DNA of 63,512 nucleotides, filler included. It is 12 parts of 12 records of this genome, joined end to end, with 100 filler letters (N's around TTAATTAATTAA, not from the genome) between each part and the next. Parts side by side here need not be neighbours in the genome. Positions count along the whole stretch, not along the records: positions 59,914 to 63,512 come from SRR7504441_6589; 11 more parts are not named here. The stretch is one strand, 5' to 3'. Under the pieces are notes generated by a model. The model worked only from the letters and a program-made list of their open reading frames with translations. It was not told the origin of the DNA and did no database searches. The translations under genes were made by a program, and so were the position numbers. Below, in pieces: positions 63,114 through 63,512 of this stretch. Position 1 is the first letter of the stretch, and every line of letters begins with the position of its first letter.

Positions 63114-63512
63114 TTACATTGCTGAAGAAGACAGGTCTGATTTAGGCAGCTCGACTTGCTTTGGCTGGGGCGAGGCTTCCTCCTCGGCCGGGACAGACCC
63201 CGCCCAGAACTGCTTGGTCCACCACTTGTGCCCGTGGCAGAACAGCGTCCGAGCGCCATAGATCAACAGCATCGCCGATACAATCAGCGCCACCATCGCA
63301 TCCAGCCACCAGAGCTGCTCGTCTGCCCGATGCGCCAGTATGCTCACCACCAGCCCGAAAGACATCACCGAGACAGCCACAGAGCAGATGGCGTCCTTCT
63401 TCATCGAGCTGCTGCCCAGTCTGTCTGCGATCACCCACTTGGCTGATCCAAGCAGCAGGAACACGCCAGCTGACGCGGCCACAAACCCGAGCAGACCGAG
63501 CGACTTATCCGG
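63114..63512 (-). CDS. TMEM163: TMEM163-like cation-efflux family protein, 3' part
   Basis: K..IA..LGSSSMKKDAICS, WWLDAMVAL. Confidence 0.75.
   Translation of the reverse strand, partial: PDKSLGLLGFVAASAGVFLLLGSAKWVIADRLGSSSMKKDAICSVAVSVMSFGLVVSILAHRADEQLWWLDAMVALIVSAMLLIYGARTLFCHGHKWWTKQFWAGSVPAEEEASPQPKQVELPKSDLSSSAM

Overview
This is eukaryotic DNA, not prokaryotic. It is twelve separate contigs joined by artificial 100-nt N/TTAATTAATTAA spacers, so gene order across a spacer means nothing. The genome is GC-rich and very compact: divergent start codons lie as little as ~50 bp apart, and spliceosomal introns are tiny (mostly 35-50 nt), many with GC-AG ends. The many secreted hydrolases suggest a heterotrophic or phagotrophic protist (inference; lineage not determined). 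Recognisable genes include argininosuccinate lyase, CMTR1, PIF1, purple acid phosphatase, a HUWE1/UPL1-like E3, a CrtR-like desaturase, a GH27/36 hydrolase, Gemin7, LIN54/TSO1, bS6m, NIPA, OTU, enoyl-CoA isomerase, GH5 and TMEM163. The best candidate for a new system is an ASK1-like MAP3K fused to a catalytically dead ornithine/DAP-decarboxylase fold. Other unusual fusions are RNase H1 hybrid-binding domain-PIF1, HUWE1 with a PUB domain, S28 peptidase-nitrilase and 2OG-oxygenase fold-Ctr. Two non-coding motifs recur across independent contigs: YAACGG just upstream of start codons and TACGAGTA in AT-rich intergenic DNA. All domain calls come from motif recognition by eye, not database searches.
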